DNA of 63,450 nucleotides, the filler included, from Octopus bimaculoides (Eukaryota), in assembly GCF_001194135.2 (NCBI RefSeq). It is 7 parts of 6 records of this genome, joined end to end, with 100 filler letters (N's around TTAATTAATTAA, not from the genome) between each part and the next. Parts side by side here need not be neighbours in the genome. Positions count along the whole stretch, not along the records: positions 1 to 26,446 come from NC_068983.1; 6 more parts are not named here. One strand, given 5' to 3'. Below the pieces are notes generated by a model. It made no database searches. It saw only the letters and a list, made by a program, of their open reading frames with translations, and was not told where the DNA came from. Positions 1-14,629 of this stretch are shown one piece after another. Each line of letters opens with the position of its first letter. Positions within the stretch are counted from its first letter, which is position 1. The position numbers and the translations under genes were made by a program.

Positions 1-33
<33 letters not shown>

Positions 34-1155
34 TCATTGACGTCATAAGAATATATATAGAAACTTTGGAGAGGAACTGAAATAATTTGTATTTTTAGAA
101 CGATAGATCTCGAAGCACATATACATAATAGCATGTAAATTGTGAGTTGAAAACCATATATATATGTGTGTGTGTGTGTGTGTGTTTATATATATATATA
201 TAACTTTCAAATTTTTTTCTCTCCTGATTCTCTCTCCTTGTCCCTTTCCCTCTCTCGCCCTGTCTTTAAATTTGTATAACTGCCTCTATCTTAAATCTGT
301 ATTCAGCCAGGCAGAAACTGTTTTGGCTTGTGAAAACTAGTGCAGTATCAGAAATGACTATCAATGAAGTTGATGTAATATGCCATAGCATTCATGATTG
401 ATTTTTGTTTTATAGACATCTTTCTGTTACGATAAAATTACAGTTATTTGTAAACAATAATTGATTTTTAAAATTCTAGCTTGACAATGTGATATTAGAA
501 GGAAATGAATTGAATCTTACCGACATGAAACTTCACTCAGAAGTACAGGAGACCAAAAGAGGTACTATTTTGACCAAGTCATATTATTAAGTCAATAAAG
601 GTTCGATAAAGTGTAGACGTCAACTATCATACAACGAATGTATTACTTACGATCAATTATAGATCCCTTTAATACAAAAATATCGAAGCGAAAGTAGTTT
701 ACTACGTAACTATCGAATATTGTCACGAATAGCAAAACCTCAAATTTTCATGGACTTTACCCTTCTTAGTTATTGATTCTCAAAATATTTCAATGCATAT
801 ATACAGTTTATTAGCTATCCTTTTTAGAAATTCGATGGTGAATATAGTATTTATCTAAGAGTATAACATAGTGCGAAGAAATATATTGTTAAGATATTCC
901 CAAAATATGATGTACTTCAAGGTGAAATTTATTTTATTTTACACCTGCTTTTCACTCATATATGATAACGGAAATTTGTGTAGTAAACTAGTAACTATAG
1001 AACCGTACACAATTCCAACACTGCATCCATATATAAACACAGTATGTGTATATGTGTATGTGTCCATATATATATATATAAATACATATGCATATGTACA
1101 ACATATGCACGCACACACACACACACATATACGTATATATTACATGCATAAATAC

Positions 1156-1188
<33 letters not shown>

Positions 1189-1803
1189 CATATATATNNN
1201 NNNNNNNNNNNNNNNNNNNNNNNNNNNNNNNNNNNNNNNNNNNNNNNNNNNNNNNNNNNNNNNNNNNNNNNNNNNNNNNNNNNNNNNNNNNNNNNNNNNN
1301 NNNNNNNNNNNNNNNNNNNNNNNNNNNNNNNNNNNNNNNNNNNNNNNNNNNNNNNNNNNNNNNNNNNNNNNNNNNNNNNNNNNNNNNNNNNNNNNNNNNN
1401 NNNNNNNNNNNNNNNNNNNNNNNNNNNNNNNNNNNNNNNNNNNNNNNNNNNNNNNNNNNNNNNNNNNNNNNNNNNNNNNNNNNNNNNNNNNNNNNNNNNN
1501 NNNNNNNNNNNNNNNNNNNNNNNNNNNNNNNNNNNNNNNNNNNNNNNNNNNNNNNNNNNNNNNNNNNNNNNNNNNNNNNNNNNNNNNNNNNNNNNNNNNN
1601 NNNNNNNNNNNNNNNNNNNNNNNNNNNNNNNNNNNNNNNNNNNNNNNNNNNNNNNNNNNNNNNNNNNNNNNNNNNNNNNNNNNNNNNNNNNNNNNNNNNN
1701 NNNNNNNNNNNNNNNNNNNNNNNNNNNNNNNNNNNNNNNNNNNNNNNNNNNNNNNNNNNNNNNNNNTTCTCCACCTGATTTATACCTGTGTGATCACTCG
1801 TGT

Positions 1804-1924
<121 letters not shown>

Positions 1925-2170
1925 CTTGCGTGTAAAATTTGTAAAATTGTGCACTGCTAATATTTTAGTCAGTCAAATACTTGCACTGCTTCTTTAAATC
2001 ATATTTTAATATTTGCATTCCCACTTCTATATTCGTGTTTTATAACCTATAGGTAAATGTTTACACTGCATTAGTAACTATAAATTGACGGTGAAAATTC
2101 ATTCAAGTGCATCGACAATAGTTTTGTTACAGTTCAGCTTATACATGCTAATTATCTTTGTTCTTTCACT

Positions 2171-2407
2171 ACTCTCAGTCATTAGACTGCGATCGTGTTG
2201 GGGCACTGGTTTAAAGAATTCTTAGTCGAGTAGATCAAACATAGTACATTTTTAAAGCCTGGTACTAAAACCTCCAAGTTACGAGGACGTAAACACTCTA
2301 ACACCATTTGTCAAACGGTGGTGGGACATACACAATGACACACACACACATACATGCATGCATACATACATACACGCACGCACGCAGGTACGCACACACA
2401 CATGCGC

Positions 2408-2477
<70 letters not shown>

Positions 2478-2628
2478 GACGGACGTCTTTCAGTTTCCGT
2501 CTACCAAATTCACGCACTGGCTTTGGTCGGCCCGAGGTTATACTGTAGAAGACAGTGTTCAAGGTGGCACGCAGCGGGACTGAACCTAGAACCATGAAAT
2601 TGTAAAGCAAGCTTCCCACCACACAACC
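2171..2628 (-). mobile_element. SINE family B (tRNA-like head, internal microsatellite)
   Basis: Reverse complement of ggttcagtcccgctgcgtgccaccttg...ggaaactgaaagacgtccgtcg-(TA)n(TG)n-gtccc...taactt body seen in other copies. Confidence 0.8.
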
Positions 2629-2749
2629 ACAAAGACCAGAAGAATGATATTTACAAACAAATATAAACTGTAAAAGTAGAAATTTGCTTCAATGCAAAAA
2701 ATACACGTGTTTTCAAATGTGTGTGTGTGTGTGTGTGTGTGTGTCTGTG

Positions 2750-2793
<44 letters not shown>

Positions 2794-3029
2794 CAAAAAT
2801 ACTGGAGATTCAGTATACCCCACCTGGTAAAATTATGAGTTGAAAATATGTGGAAAACATTTATAAAATTGGAAGAGAAATGCCTTCGTTTCACATAGTT
2901 TAATATATTCTTATAAAGAAAATTCTTTTTAATATATACATATTTTATGAATGTCGTGGTATCCAACCGGTTTTCGATATTTAGATTAGCCTTTCAAGGG
3001 ACATTGTGAAGTAATCAATTCTTGTGACA

Positions 3030-3590
3030 AAGGGGGTATTGCATTGGAAGCGAAAGTAGTGCCTGTCCATGCGAACCTAATAACGTGTTTCTTTGAATCT
3101 ACCCTGTATGAATTTTCGCTCCAAAAATTCGGACCCTCATTCCAGCAGTATATAAGAGAGAAATCTGGAAAAGGTACCTAGACGATTGTTTTATCATCTG
3201 GAAGGAAACCTATGATAAACTCCTGGATTTCAAATCCACACTGAACAATATGAACTCCAATTTTCAATTTACAATGGAATATTGCAAGGAACAACTCCCA
3301 TTTCTTGACATTTTGATTATAAAAAAATCCAAAAACCAAATTGCAACTGACATCTACTACAAACCAACAGACTCAAAACAGTATCTCCTTTATAGTTCAT
3401 GCCATCCTAAACACACAAAAATAAATATCCCATTCAATCTAGCAATTGTATCTGATACAACCACTCGAGAATTTCGCCTACAAGACCTCAAAATAACACT
3501 CGCTGAACGTAAATACCCACCCGCACTTATAGACCATGGAATTAAACGTGCCAAGAAATTGGACGCAAACACACTAAGAACTCTTAACTG
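3030..3590 (+). mobile_element. Penelope-like retroelement RT fragment
   Basis: RYLDDCFIIWK, FTME-CKEQLPFLDILI and TDIYYKPTDSKQYL-YSSCHPKHTKINIPFNLA are characteristic PLE RT/thumb motifs. Confidence 0.9.
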
Positions 3591-4150
3591 TTACATAGAG
3601 CAGTGATGGGCTCTTCAACTCTTGTATTCATGTGATCGAGTCTCTCAAACTTGCCGAACGGTTATTGAATTATCGGCAATTAAATATGAGTCCCTCTATT
3701 TTCTGTAGTCTAGAAATACAACTATGTATGTTCGTTGTTAAAAAATAATTGCTATTTATACACGTAAGATATTTGTGAGTATTTTGCGATTAGTTCGCTA
3801 ACACTTAACAGTTATGCTTTCATTGGATTATTACTGGTGTAATCTTACTTGTCCATAAAACTATACTTTAATTAAAGAATAACAAAAGAATATATTGGTT
3901 CCATAAATATTGCTTTGTCTCGTGTTCAAAATTGATCTCAGTTTGTTTTAACATGACGCACTTTAAATAAGATTTTGAATCATTAAATTAAGATGTTATT
4001 TTAAGGTTTGGTAATAAATAGAAGTAATGTGTTCGTTTGTGTTTATATGTGTATCTGTATGTAATAAAAGACATTAAAAAATGGAAAGTTTGATACTGAA
4101 TATGTAAGAAGATCTGTGACTATACATTAAGCGTTTTAAAAATTACTTAC

Positions 4151-4304
4151 TGTAACACTCTGGTCTGTCAGCAAGGGCTGAATTTTGAGGATAAACAGTA
4201 AGAGTTTCATCCATAGTAAATATTCCAACTCCTTCTGATTTGCTCGTCGACACGAAAACTTCCCGGGGCATGTTCTTTGTTATTTTGGCTAGCGTGTGGC
4301 AAGA
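4151..4304 (-). CDS. Coding exon 4 of the cryptic gene (SCHTLAKITKNMPREVFVSTSKSEGVGIFTMDETLTVYPQNSALADRPECY)
   Basis: Acceptor aaatatag and perfect donor A|GTAAGT (4150-4145). 154 nt. Only the phase-0 frame is open, matching exon 3. The gene must continue left of this exon. Confidence 0.8.
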
Positions 4305-5551
4305 CTATATTTATTTTAAAAAGTATATAAAAAGTATATAAAAAAGTATATAAAAAGAATGAACTTGAGAAGACACTTAAAAATATTTAATAAATTAGGC
4401 ACATTTCTTAAAGAGGACCATCTATACAATCCTTTTGATTGTTATATCATCCGAAGAAATTTGAAACCGAGGTGAAAAAACTTAATACCAGACAACAGAA
4501 AAACGCGGTGACAAAAATAGCTGATCATAGCAATTAAATGTTTGCCTGAGATTAAAATATTTAATATTTCAATTTCATTCTACATGCACTGCACACACAC
4601 ACATACAAGCACATATACACACACACACACACACACATACACACACATACATACATATATATATATACATACGTACATACATACATACATATATATATAT
4701 ACATACGTACATACATACATACATANNNNNNNNNNNNNNNNNNNNNNNNNNNNNNNNNNNNNNNNNNNNNNNNNNNNNNNNNNNNNNNNNNNNNNNNNNN
4801 NNNNNNNNNNNNNNNNNNNNNNNNNNNNNNNNNNNNNNNNNNNNNNNNNNNNNNNNNNNNNNNNNNNNNNATATATAGGGAAAGTAAGAAGACAAAAAGC
4901 GAAAATGCACACTGAATATCAAAAAATAAAGGCATTTTTTTTAATGAAAAAGTAGCGATAAATAAAAATAATTAGATGAAATGAGGTAAAATTAAGAGGA
5001 ATTAAATTCATAATTTTGAATCTCTTTGACAATTCAAAATAGTGAATTTAATTCCTCTTGACGGATGTCGTGATACCTTATTCTGTCGAGAAACTGCAAC
5101 GGTCAAAATTGTACAGATTAAGAAAGAATCTGATTAATGTATTTCAGGAAATAGTTCTTAGTATTACCATAGATAGTGCCTTTATGATTGTAAATTCCCT
5201 TGAAGAAAACATGAGATAAAATAAGTTTCTGACCGCTAGCAAAACAAATTGTAAATTAGTATACACCTATAGGCAATCATATCAACCAAGCAATATCTTG
5301 AGTAAGATAGACATCAATGTTGTTAAACGTGTACCATTCCTTTTACCAATGAACATCATTATAACGGTGTGACCATGATATAGCATGATGAAGCGGCCAG
5401 AACTAGTGAGTACATACACAGCCACATATGTGTGTGTTTGTGTTTGTGTGTATGTGTAAGTGTGTCTGATTGCTTCTGTGCGCGCGTGCGTTTGCGTGTG
5501 TGTTTAAGCGTGCATGTATATATATGTGTATACATATATATATATAAATAT

Positions 5552-5582
<31 letters not shown>

Positions 5583-6104
5583 NNNNNNNNNNNNNNNNNN
5601 NNNNNNNNNNNNNNNNNNNNNNNNNNNNNNNNNNNNNNNNNNNNNNNNNNNNNNNNNNNNNNNNNNNNNNNNNNNNNNNNNNNNNNNNNNNNNNNNNNNN
5701 NNNNNNNNNNNNNNNNNNNNNNNNNNNNNNNNNNNNNNNNNNNNNNNNNNNNNNNNNNNNNNNNNNNNNNNNNNNNNNNNNNNNNNNNNNNNNNNNNNNN
5801 NNNNNNNNNNNNNNNNNNNNNNNNNNNNNNNNNNNNNNNNNNNNNNNNNNNNNNNNNNNNNNNNNNNNNNNNNNNNNNNNNNNNNNNNNNNNNNNNNNNN
5901 NNNNNNNNNNNNNNNNNNNNNNNNNNNNNNNNNNNNNNNNNNNNNNNNNNNNNNNNNNNNNNNNNNNNNNNNNNNNNNNNNNNNNNNNNNNNNNNNNNNN
6001 NNNNNNNNNNNNNNNNNNNNNNNNNNNNNNNNNNNNNNNNNNNNNNNNNNNNNNNNNNNNNNNNNNNNNNNNNNNNNNNNNNNNNNNNNNNNNNNNNNNN
6101 NNNN

Positions 6105-6150
<46 letters not shown>

Positions 6151-7184
6151 GAATATTATGAATATATGTACACACGCATTGCAATGTATATGCTTCTGCA
6201 TAAATATATATTTGTATACGAGTGCATATAAGTACAATATAAGCATGTATGACTATGATGACATATATCAGATATACCACTGAAGCAGCACAATCATGTC
6301 AAAATGACGTTGTCTCAAAACTTTGTGACAACAATGACACGTGTGATTTATTAACACACATCGTATAAAGTGTGAGAACATTCTCCAAAACAAAGCTGAA
6401 TAGCGAATAGCATACTCAGATTAAAATCTGCCGGATAGTGTCGACAAACAGTGTCACTATTTTGCATATTCACAGTAATATAACATCAGTTTGTCAGACG
6501 TTAGCACTCATCCGTAAATATTTTGATTGATGAATTAAATAAATAGGCACAATCATAACAGGATACCGGGGTGTCAGAGTCCACTAACGTCACGAGATCA
6601 TGAGCGTTTTCAATTAACATTTTATAAGGCACACGATGTTCTCCGTAAACGAAATCTATCAGACGATAAGAAGAATAAGTATACGCACACTTTTTAAACA
6701 TACATGTGTATGTGTATAATATTTTTTCAGATTCATAAAATCACTAGTGTTGTTAGTCTTGCACGTTTTATTAATATAATCATATGTAATTATTATTCTC
6801 TAAGTGTAACTGTCAGCGATACAGGTGCAGGAGATTTGTTTGAACCTCTTTTATTGTTCCCCGACTAGATTTTCATGCATCTACGATCTTCGGACAGGAA
6901 TCTGGAATCGAGTAATAATTTTGTTTCACAAAGCCATACACTTTACATGTGTTATATATTGCTTTCTCATTCACTATTGCCTGTTCTGCGTGTATTCGAT
7001 AAATTATTATGTTTGGTAGACATTTGCACTCATCTGCAAATGTACTATTGCCTTATTTCTATAAACATGAGCTCACTCTCTTGTGAGGTTCAAAAATCCG
7101 GGGTAGGTTTAACTGAAGAGACACACAAATTAAATTGAAACAGTGGTGTCTTGAAATTAATGTTCGTTCGGTTTGATTCTAATC

Positions 7185-7498
7185 TGGCTATCCGTCGGTT
7201 ACGATGACGAGTGTTGTAGTTAATTCGATCAACCGAATAACCTGCTCGTGAAATTAACTTGCAAGTGGTTGAGCACCCCATAGCCAAGCGTATCCTTAAC
7301 ATATTTCTCAGGGAGGTTTACCATGACACTGGATGTGAAAAGGCTAGGTCTTTGAATTACAGGTACAACTCACTTTTGCCTGTTGAGTAACAAGAAATAC
7401 AGTAACTTACCTAAGTACATTTCGCGCCGCCTGGAATCGAACTCCCGACGTTACGATCGTGAGCTGAATAGACTAATTACTAAGCCACGCACCTTCAC
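7185..7498 (-). mobile_element. SINE family D
   Basis: Reverse complement matches the plus copy at 46860-47160 (gtggcttag..gagttcgattcc..cacttgc.cgttaatttcacgagcagg..gttgatcga). Confidence 0.75.
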
Positions 7499-7789
7499 AG
7501 TACACTTAACACAAGAAAAGCCCTGTATGCAACATTAATAAAGGATTCCGCGAAGCAGTATTTGTGAAACAGGATAAGCCCATATCATGAGGGGATTGCA
7601 TGACTCACAGACTTGCAGTTTGGAGCTGTTCAAGATCGCTGAGATAACGTTAACAAAATATGTGAAGTAATAATAATGCTCACAGGTGATTAACGTGAAA
7701 CTTAGCCACTCATTCGGATTTATGAGTTGAGATCATACCTCCCCGGAGAATAAATTATTTGGAGACGGGATAAAAACTTCATTTTTCCA

Positions 7790-8500
7790 TGAACATGGAA
7801 GTTGCACCTAATAGATATCAGTTTGCAAATGTTCAAATTCAATTGAGGAAAATGATCTGCTACCAGTTGACACTGAGAGTGGAGAAGATATCAAAATACT
7901 GGCCTCTAATTTCACAATCATCAATGCATCTAAAAAAAAATACAATTGAAAGTTTATCGTAGCTATTGATAAAATTAAAGGAACATGAGTATTTCTGTGA
8001 ACTTGCCATCATACCTCCTAAAAATGACATTATACTGGTTAATTCCACCGACATTCAACAATTAGTAGCTCAATTCACATGATACAAGTCAGTTTACCTT
8101 GTAATTCACGCTCATAATGCTGCCATAAAAAATTCTCAACTCTCTTTAACATACTGTTCTCCCTCTTCACATCTTCAACTGAAAATAAGGAGATCCATTA
8201 TTTTCTTATGAAACTTAGGTGCACTAAACTCAGTAAGGATTCAAAATTAATCGACAAAACACTTATGCTGAATATGATCATATGATTGAAGCCACCATTA
8301 TGACTGCTTGCACCAAAAGAAGTATTTTGCTTTCTATATTTTTTGCTAACCGTCATCAAGTCTCAGCGCAGTCCCTCAGGGTTGATGGATATGAATTGAC
8401 AAATTCACGTCTCTATCATACTGAGCCCATTGCTCTATATCACGTATTGGGCAAAGCAAACTACTTATCAGAGCACGAAATTGCAGAACCATGAAACTTT
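7790..8500 (+). mobile_element. Decayed Helitron PIF1-like helicase fragment
   Basis: With frameshifts: LAIIPPKND (cf. AILAPKN), LNSL..PSHLQLKI (cf. LNSL..PPH.L.LK), IEATIMTACTK (cf. IEATILTG) and FA-TVIKSQ-QSLRV (cf. FAMTINKSQGQSL), in the correct order. Confidence 0.8.
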
Positions 8501-8714
8501 GTTGTTTATCTTAAAACATTTGTTGAGTAAAGTACTTGCCTGTCATTTTATCAGTTTAGAATTCCAATAAAGTATACAAACTTAAACATAAAGGTAGTTT
8601 AAGATACAAAATTAATATTAATAACAACCACCGATTTGTGTAGTTTCAACCATTTAACAAAAAAAATAATAATATTGTGCATGCTCAGCACCCGTACAAG
8701 GCCGAAGACTTCTG

Positions 8715-8765
<51 letters not shown>

Positions 8766-10072
8766 GCATGCATGTTTGTATGTATGTATGTATGTATGTA
8801 TGTATGTATGTATGTATGTATGTATGAATCTATGTATGTGTGTGTGAGTAAGAGAGAGAGATAAAGAAAGGGAAAGAGGTTGAGAGAAGGAATGAGGTCT
8901 GAAAATATGAGATGTATAAAAGAGATACTTATTTTTGATACAGCTTTCTCTTTTCCGTTCCTTTTTAATGTATATTTCTCAGAGACTTCATTAGATGGAA
9001 TGCCTATAACCTGTTCTCATTTTTTATAAGCTACTAAGACGTAATCATTAGAAACAGTGAAGCAAAAGCCACATATGTCTACATTGGTGCGTAATACGGT
9101 CTGCTATGGCAATTTTATAGCAGAAGAAGAAATACTTTTCTTTACAAACTATTTTATGTATCATTTATTTTGTAATGTCCTGAAACACATTTTCTCATCC
9201 AAGCTCCGATATTTCCTTTCCGTAATGCTTTATCGATGTACAAAGGCAGTTCGGTAAACGAGCATGCGGCAGTAATTACTAATTTTCATTTTTTCCCTTT
9301 CTTCCCTTTGTCTAGGTATGATGGAAAATATTAAGAATGCTCAATAAAAAGATGGTCGATTGACAGTGTCGTCAAAGCATCTTGTGACAACTGGTTCGAC
9401 TGTTTGTTTTCTGGGTTTAAATATTACCAAATTAGCTTTGCGTTTCATTAAGCAAAATATGAAACAAATCAAAGTGTCGGTTCTTCTATTACTATTTCTC
9501 CCTTAGGTTTTTTTAATCTGCTCTATAAGCGAGCGGTAAGGAATCTATTCATAGTGTTCTTTTCCCCAAGACGTAAGTGGCTTCAGATAGGCTCTAGCCT
9601 CATATCGCTTCAGCCTTCCTACAAAGATTCTTCATAAAAACTAGAGAAAATAGTAAGTATGTATGAGATTATGTATCAAAAAAAAAATTCCTTAACTTCT
9701 TTCACTCATCAACAGTAACAGTATTCATAAAAATCATATGAAACACAAATTCTCTTGTGGGAAACGTTTCTCACCTTTCTCAGAATAGAATACCATAGTT
9801 ACATACTAACGTAACTTTAGTATTCCCTTCTGAGAGAAGTATACATTTATTACATATTTTAATGTGTAATTTTGATTTCCTTTGATACAGTAAGCAACAA
9901 AAGTAGTGAAAATAAGAAAACGAATTAATAACGTGAATTTAATTTTTGTAAACAAGAAATGATGATGAATCCCCAAAACAGTTGACTAAAAACGAAATGT
10001 ACTAAGGCAAATAAAATTATTAATATTAATATCACTTTGACGGAAGTTACATTGATATAAATTCATGCTTAC

Positions 10073-10214
10073 AACTGTGAGAGCTTTGTCAATGACATTA
10101 TTTGTCGCTGAGATAGGGATGCTTGTATCTGATGGTTTATATGGATAGCAATGCCCCGACTGCGTTATGTAATTATAACGGAAAGATGTACGCTTCCCGA
10201 TATCTGTGAGATTA
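10073..10214 (-). CDS. Coding exon 3 of the cryptic gene (NLTDIGKRTSFRYNYITQSGHCYPYKPSDTSIPISATNNVIDKALTV)
   Basis: Very strong acceptor ttgtttctctcttttttacag and donor GTT|GTAAGC. 142 nt. Only the phase-2 frame is open, which is the one exon 2 requires. Ends in phase 0. Confidence 0.85.
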
Positions 10215-10575
10215 CTGTAAAAAAGAGAGAAACAAATATCGATTAATTACAAGACATCTATAAACACACTCTTACAAATACACTTATATATACTAATATA
10301 CACGAATACATGCACACATACTCACACAAATACTCACACACGCACATATTTTATTCTAGTTGAGTCACTCTCTTACTACTATAGGTTTCGCCAGCATATA
10401 CACGATCTTCAGGCAAGTTATAACTTTAAAAAAAAATTATGGAATTTGAAAATCTATATAGAGGGTTCCTGTCATAGAGTGAAGTAGTGGATAGAAAAAG
10501 AAAAAAATGATAAAAAGTTAAAAAAGAAGAAACAAAAATAAAAAGAAATGCAATATAATTGTGTGTGTGTGTGTG

Positions 10576-10661
<86 letters not shown>

Positions 10662-10819
10662 CGCTACATCAAGGGAGCAAGGGTGAAAACTACCCCATCT
10701 CCAGCATGCTTGAACAGCCGATACCTTCAAGCTTGCTGGAGATGGGTCGTTTTCGCCTTTGTGCCTTTGATTTAGTTATATACATATGTACATAATTATT
10801 AATTTAATGTATAAATTGC

Positions 10820-11700
10820 CTATAATAAAATGGTGCTCAAATTAGGGGTTACCGACAACGCATTGGAGAGAAAAGCGATTCTTTCAACTCACGGAACAGA
10901 GCCTATATGATCAAGCAAGAGCGATACGAAAAAATTGTTGGTTCACAGAAGTAGAGCTCGAAGCTATTAAAAGACGGGTCTTGGAAAATAACAAAAGTGA
11001 TAACGATGAAACAATTCTTACTAAGAAGAGTAATCTCATAGCACAGGAAATGAGCAGTTGTAGCTTATTTGATGAGAGACATATAGATGATCTAAAAGAA
11101 AACAATAAAACTAATGGTGACATGACATATGAACAAAAGGCAATCTACGACAGAATAAATGTAAAACTACAGGAGAACGATAGCGACATTATTTGCAACC
11201 TTAAATGGGTTGATCGATGGAAATTGAACCAAGAAACGAAAAATTTCAATGAAATTCTGAAATACAACAGAACAAACATCACAGAAACAAATAATTTGAT
11301 CAAGGTAGCAAATATTGTTGTAGCAGAAAACGTGGGTGTTGATGTCAAGAAAAAGAAACGTAATGGGAGTGACAAAAGAAAATATCCATGGTTCAAAAGA
11401 AGAATCCAGACAGGGTTAGACATGCGCTCGAAGAAAGTCTCTGTGTTAGAGCGAAAAGTGAAAGGGGAGCTTAAAAGCGAACAAACCTACAGGGCGCTGA
11501 AAAGTAAGTATAATATTGACGGAAAGGGCCTGAAAGTAATAATGAAACAGGGTCTCATTGTAAAGAAAGCAAAGATGGTAAGATACGACCAAAGAATGAA
11601 GGGTTACCACCAGAATAGGTTATTCAGAGCAGATCAGGAGAGATTCTGTAAAGAAATAAATGGAGAGTGTACAGATGAAAAGTTGATACCAGATAATATT
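10820..11700 (+). mobile_element. N-terminal part of an R4/Dong-type (RLE) non-LTR retrotransposon ORF
   Basis: GYRQR...DQARAIRKNCWFTEVELEAIKRRV, ITETNNLI, PWFKRRI and YHQNRLFRADQERFCKEING fit the pre-RT region of R4-clade ORFs. Truncated before the RT. Confidence 0.7.
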
Positions 11701-12711
11701 CTCAAACGCGTGATAATACTAATAAATAGCGTGATCAGGATAAATTATCCATACATTGCAGAAAAATACGCTACCGGCCAGCCATGAGACTCGAACTCAC
11801 ATCCCTGTCATTACGCGTCAAGGTAGTGCTTTCCATGATAATCCACATAGAATTTTACTCTTGTTCTTGAAAAAAATATCTACGAATTGCGTTTAACACC
11901 AAGAATATATTTTCGAACATTATACATTCGCTACCAAATCACTTCTGAGTAAAATCAATGTATACCTTACACAAAATATCTTTCCTTTTGAATGAAAGGA
12001 GGAATTATGAATCCTAAAGCAATGAATATTACAAGGAGCTATTGGATATATTATAATTACGAAGACCTCCAATAAAAAAGAATAAAAATTTTATAATAAA
12101 CTTTATAACAAAGAATGAAATCTAATACCGTACTACTTCTGTATCATGAAATAGATTTATTTCAATAATGCACGATTGTAATTTCTCTCGGCGTGCATTT
12201 AGAAATTGTATACCTGATCTAACTGTAAGCTGTCGGTGAATATCGTCCTTGCGTTTAGGATATTCAACGCCGTTGCATGGAACTATTTATTATATATGGC
12301 AAGGAAACTATATATAGCTTAGCATGACAAACGACAGATATTGTATGAGGATAAAATTCTTTAAAATATGATTGATTTAGCAACAACACTTTGCTAATTC
12401 TACGTTTCTAGGGATTAGTAGCTGCACAACATATGACAGTCAGTTCTCGTAAGATAGAATAATGTTATTTCTGAATTCTGTATAAGAAATCCGATGAAAG
12501 TAGTTTCGTTGTGCACCAGATCAGAATGGCTATTTTAATCAAAACGTTAGCAAAATAATTTAATAAAGCATCATCTTTCTTCATATGTTATCAGTATCAG
12601 AATGTGTACGTCAGTTCATCTTCACTAAACGGAATCAGATTCATATGAATGTATGAGTGAACCTATTTCTGATGCATTTCTACATTTTGTTACCTTATTT
12701 TGAGCCTCAGA

Positions 12712-13135
12712 CGTGACTGTGTAATAAGAAGTTTGCTTCTCAACTTCACTTGTATCTCTATTATCGCCTCAGGCCGACCAAAACATTGTGAGTGGATTTG
12801 TAGACGGAAACTGAAAGAAGTCCGTCGTATATAACTATATTCATATCTATCTATCTATCTATCTGTCTGTCTGCTTGTCTGTCTGTCTGTCTGTATGTCT
12901 GTATGTATGTATGTATGTTCGTGTGTGTCTCTTTGTGACTATGTTTGTCCCCCACCACCACCGCTTGAAAACCCAGTGTTGGTGAGCTTAAGTCCTCGTA
13001 ACTTAGCGGTTCTGCATAAGAGATCTATAGAATAGATACCAGGCTTTAAAAATATGTACTGAGGCCGACTCGTTCGACTAAAATTCTTCAGGGAATTACC
13101 TCTGCATGACCACAATCTAATAATTGAAATAAATA
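12712..13135 (+). mobile_element. SINE family B
   Basis: ggccgacc..gtgagtggatttg..ggaaactgaaagaagtccgtcg, microsatellite, then tgtttgtcccc..gtaacttagcggttc. Confidence 0.8.
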
Positions 13136-13904
13136 AATGATATTAGGTAAAATGATTTTAATTTTACGTATAAATTGTGTTTAGTTTTTATAACTATTAT
13201 GAAATATCGTGTAACAAACAGCTCTCACCTGAGATAACTTGTCTAAGGAAAGCCAGCTTTCGAAAACAAATGCTATTATTAAATTTATTTTTTAGAAATC
13301 CTTGATAATAACCTTATTTGGTTATTATTTTTGTGTAACTACAGTAGATTCTTAAGTAATCAAGCAAACAAACAGGGTAAATGGAGCCCTAAGTTACATT
13401 TATGCTTTTTGTGTCTGGGTGTAAATAAGGTATAAATTCGTGATAATATTTGCCGTGGATTCATTCTCTTCTGCATCCATCATAAAGGCAAATACTTTGA
13501 AGGTCTTCATATTTGTGATGAGCATAAATATTCGATAAAATAAGGCCTTCTGCATTAATATGTGTGGGGAGGATTTCATTAAAAGTTCGGACAAAAGTAT
13601 TCTTCATAGAATTGTTATAAGATAGGTTTGAAAATGATAATATAGTTTTTCAACAAACTGGGAAATAATGCAGCAGTTATAATTAAGTGTTTTTTAAGAA
13701 CTCAACTATCATACTACCCCCGTAGAGACTGTCAAAGCAGAATAGCAGCAGATAAACCGACGCTTGCCAGTAAAAAATATCATTAAGCGATTTCCTCGAA
13801 TAGATAATAGAGGAACGCATTCATTCTTGGTGCAACTAGAGATAAATAAGTCAATTTAAGTATTTATCACCGTTACCATCAACATCATCATCATCATTAT
13901 TATC

Positions 13905-13960
<56 letters not shown>

Positions 13961-13982
13961 TACTATTGCTATTACTATTATT

Positions 13983-14023
<41 letters not shown>

Positions 14024-14629
14024 TTTTGAAGCAGATTAATTTCTAATGGGAATGCACCACTCAATCAAAAGATGAAAATACTTTCAAGCAGAATATTTGA
14101 ATGTATTTCAGTAAATTTACGATGTTTGTTTCTTGAGCATAAAACGCATATTCTAACTGTATGAAACATATAATAGAAAAGTTCAAAAATTTTGATTTAT
14201 TTTGACATTTTTCCTCTGTTATTTTTCCTTAAATGATATGTCGATTTAATATTCTGAACGTCAAGTAAGCAAGATTACATGAGCAGACAAATCGCATGAA
14301 TTCATACTGACAGCAGCATTTAATTATCCCTTCTGTTTTTACTGATCTGACAATCTCGTTTCGACATTCGCGTGCATTCTCCACTTAACAAATACTATTA
14401 TATTACACAAGTAATTGTTCTTTATGGCTACAAAGGTCTTCAAAATACTACAGCTCAGCATCAGGGAAAGCAAACTTTATGCATATGCAAGCGTATCTGA
14501 ATCTATAGTATCAAGTCATATAACGTTCAAATTTAGCAATGATGTTTATAGAACTAAGTTGGTAGCGTTTACTTCGTACCGCGTCTCTTGTATGATCACT
14601 AATCGATATGCAAATGATACCCCACGTGG

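Noticed and set aside
480-561. Plus-strand exon-like LDNVILEGNELNLTDMKLHSEVQETKR
   Set aside because: The donor is weak and there is no partner exon; it could be chance.
6870-7033. 52-codon open frame after a CAG in intron 3 (ECKCLPNIIIYR...) and the 66-aa ORF at 6501-6701
   Set aside because: Phase is incompatible with exon 3, there is no good donor and no recognisable motif.
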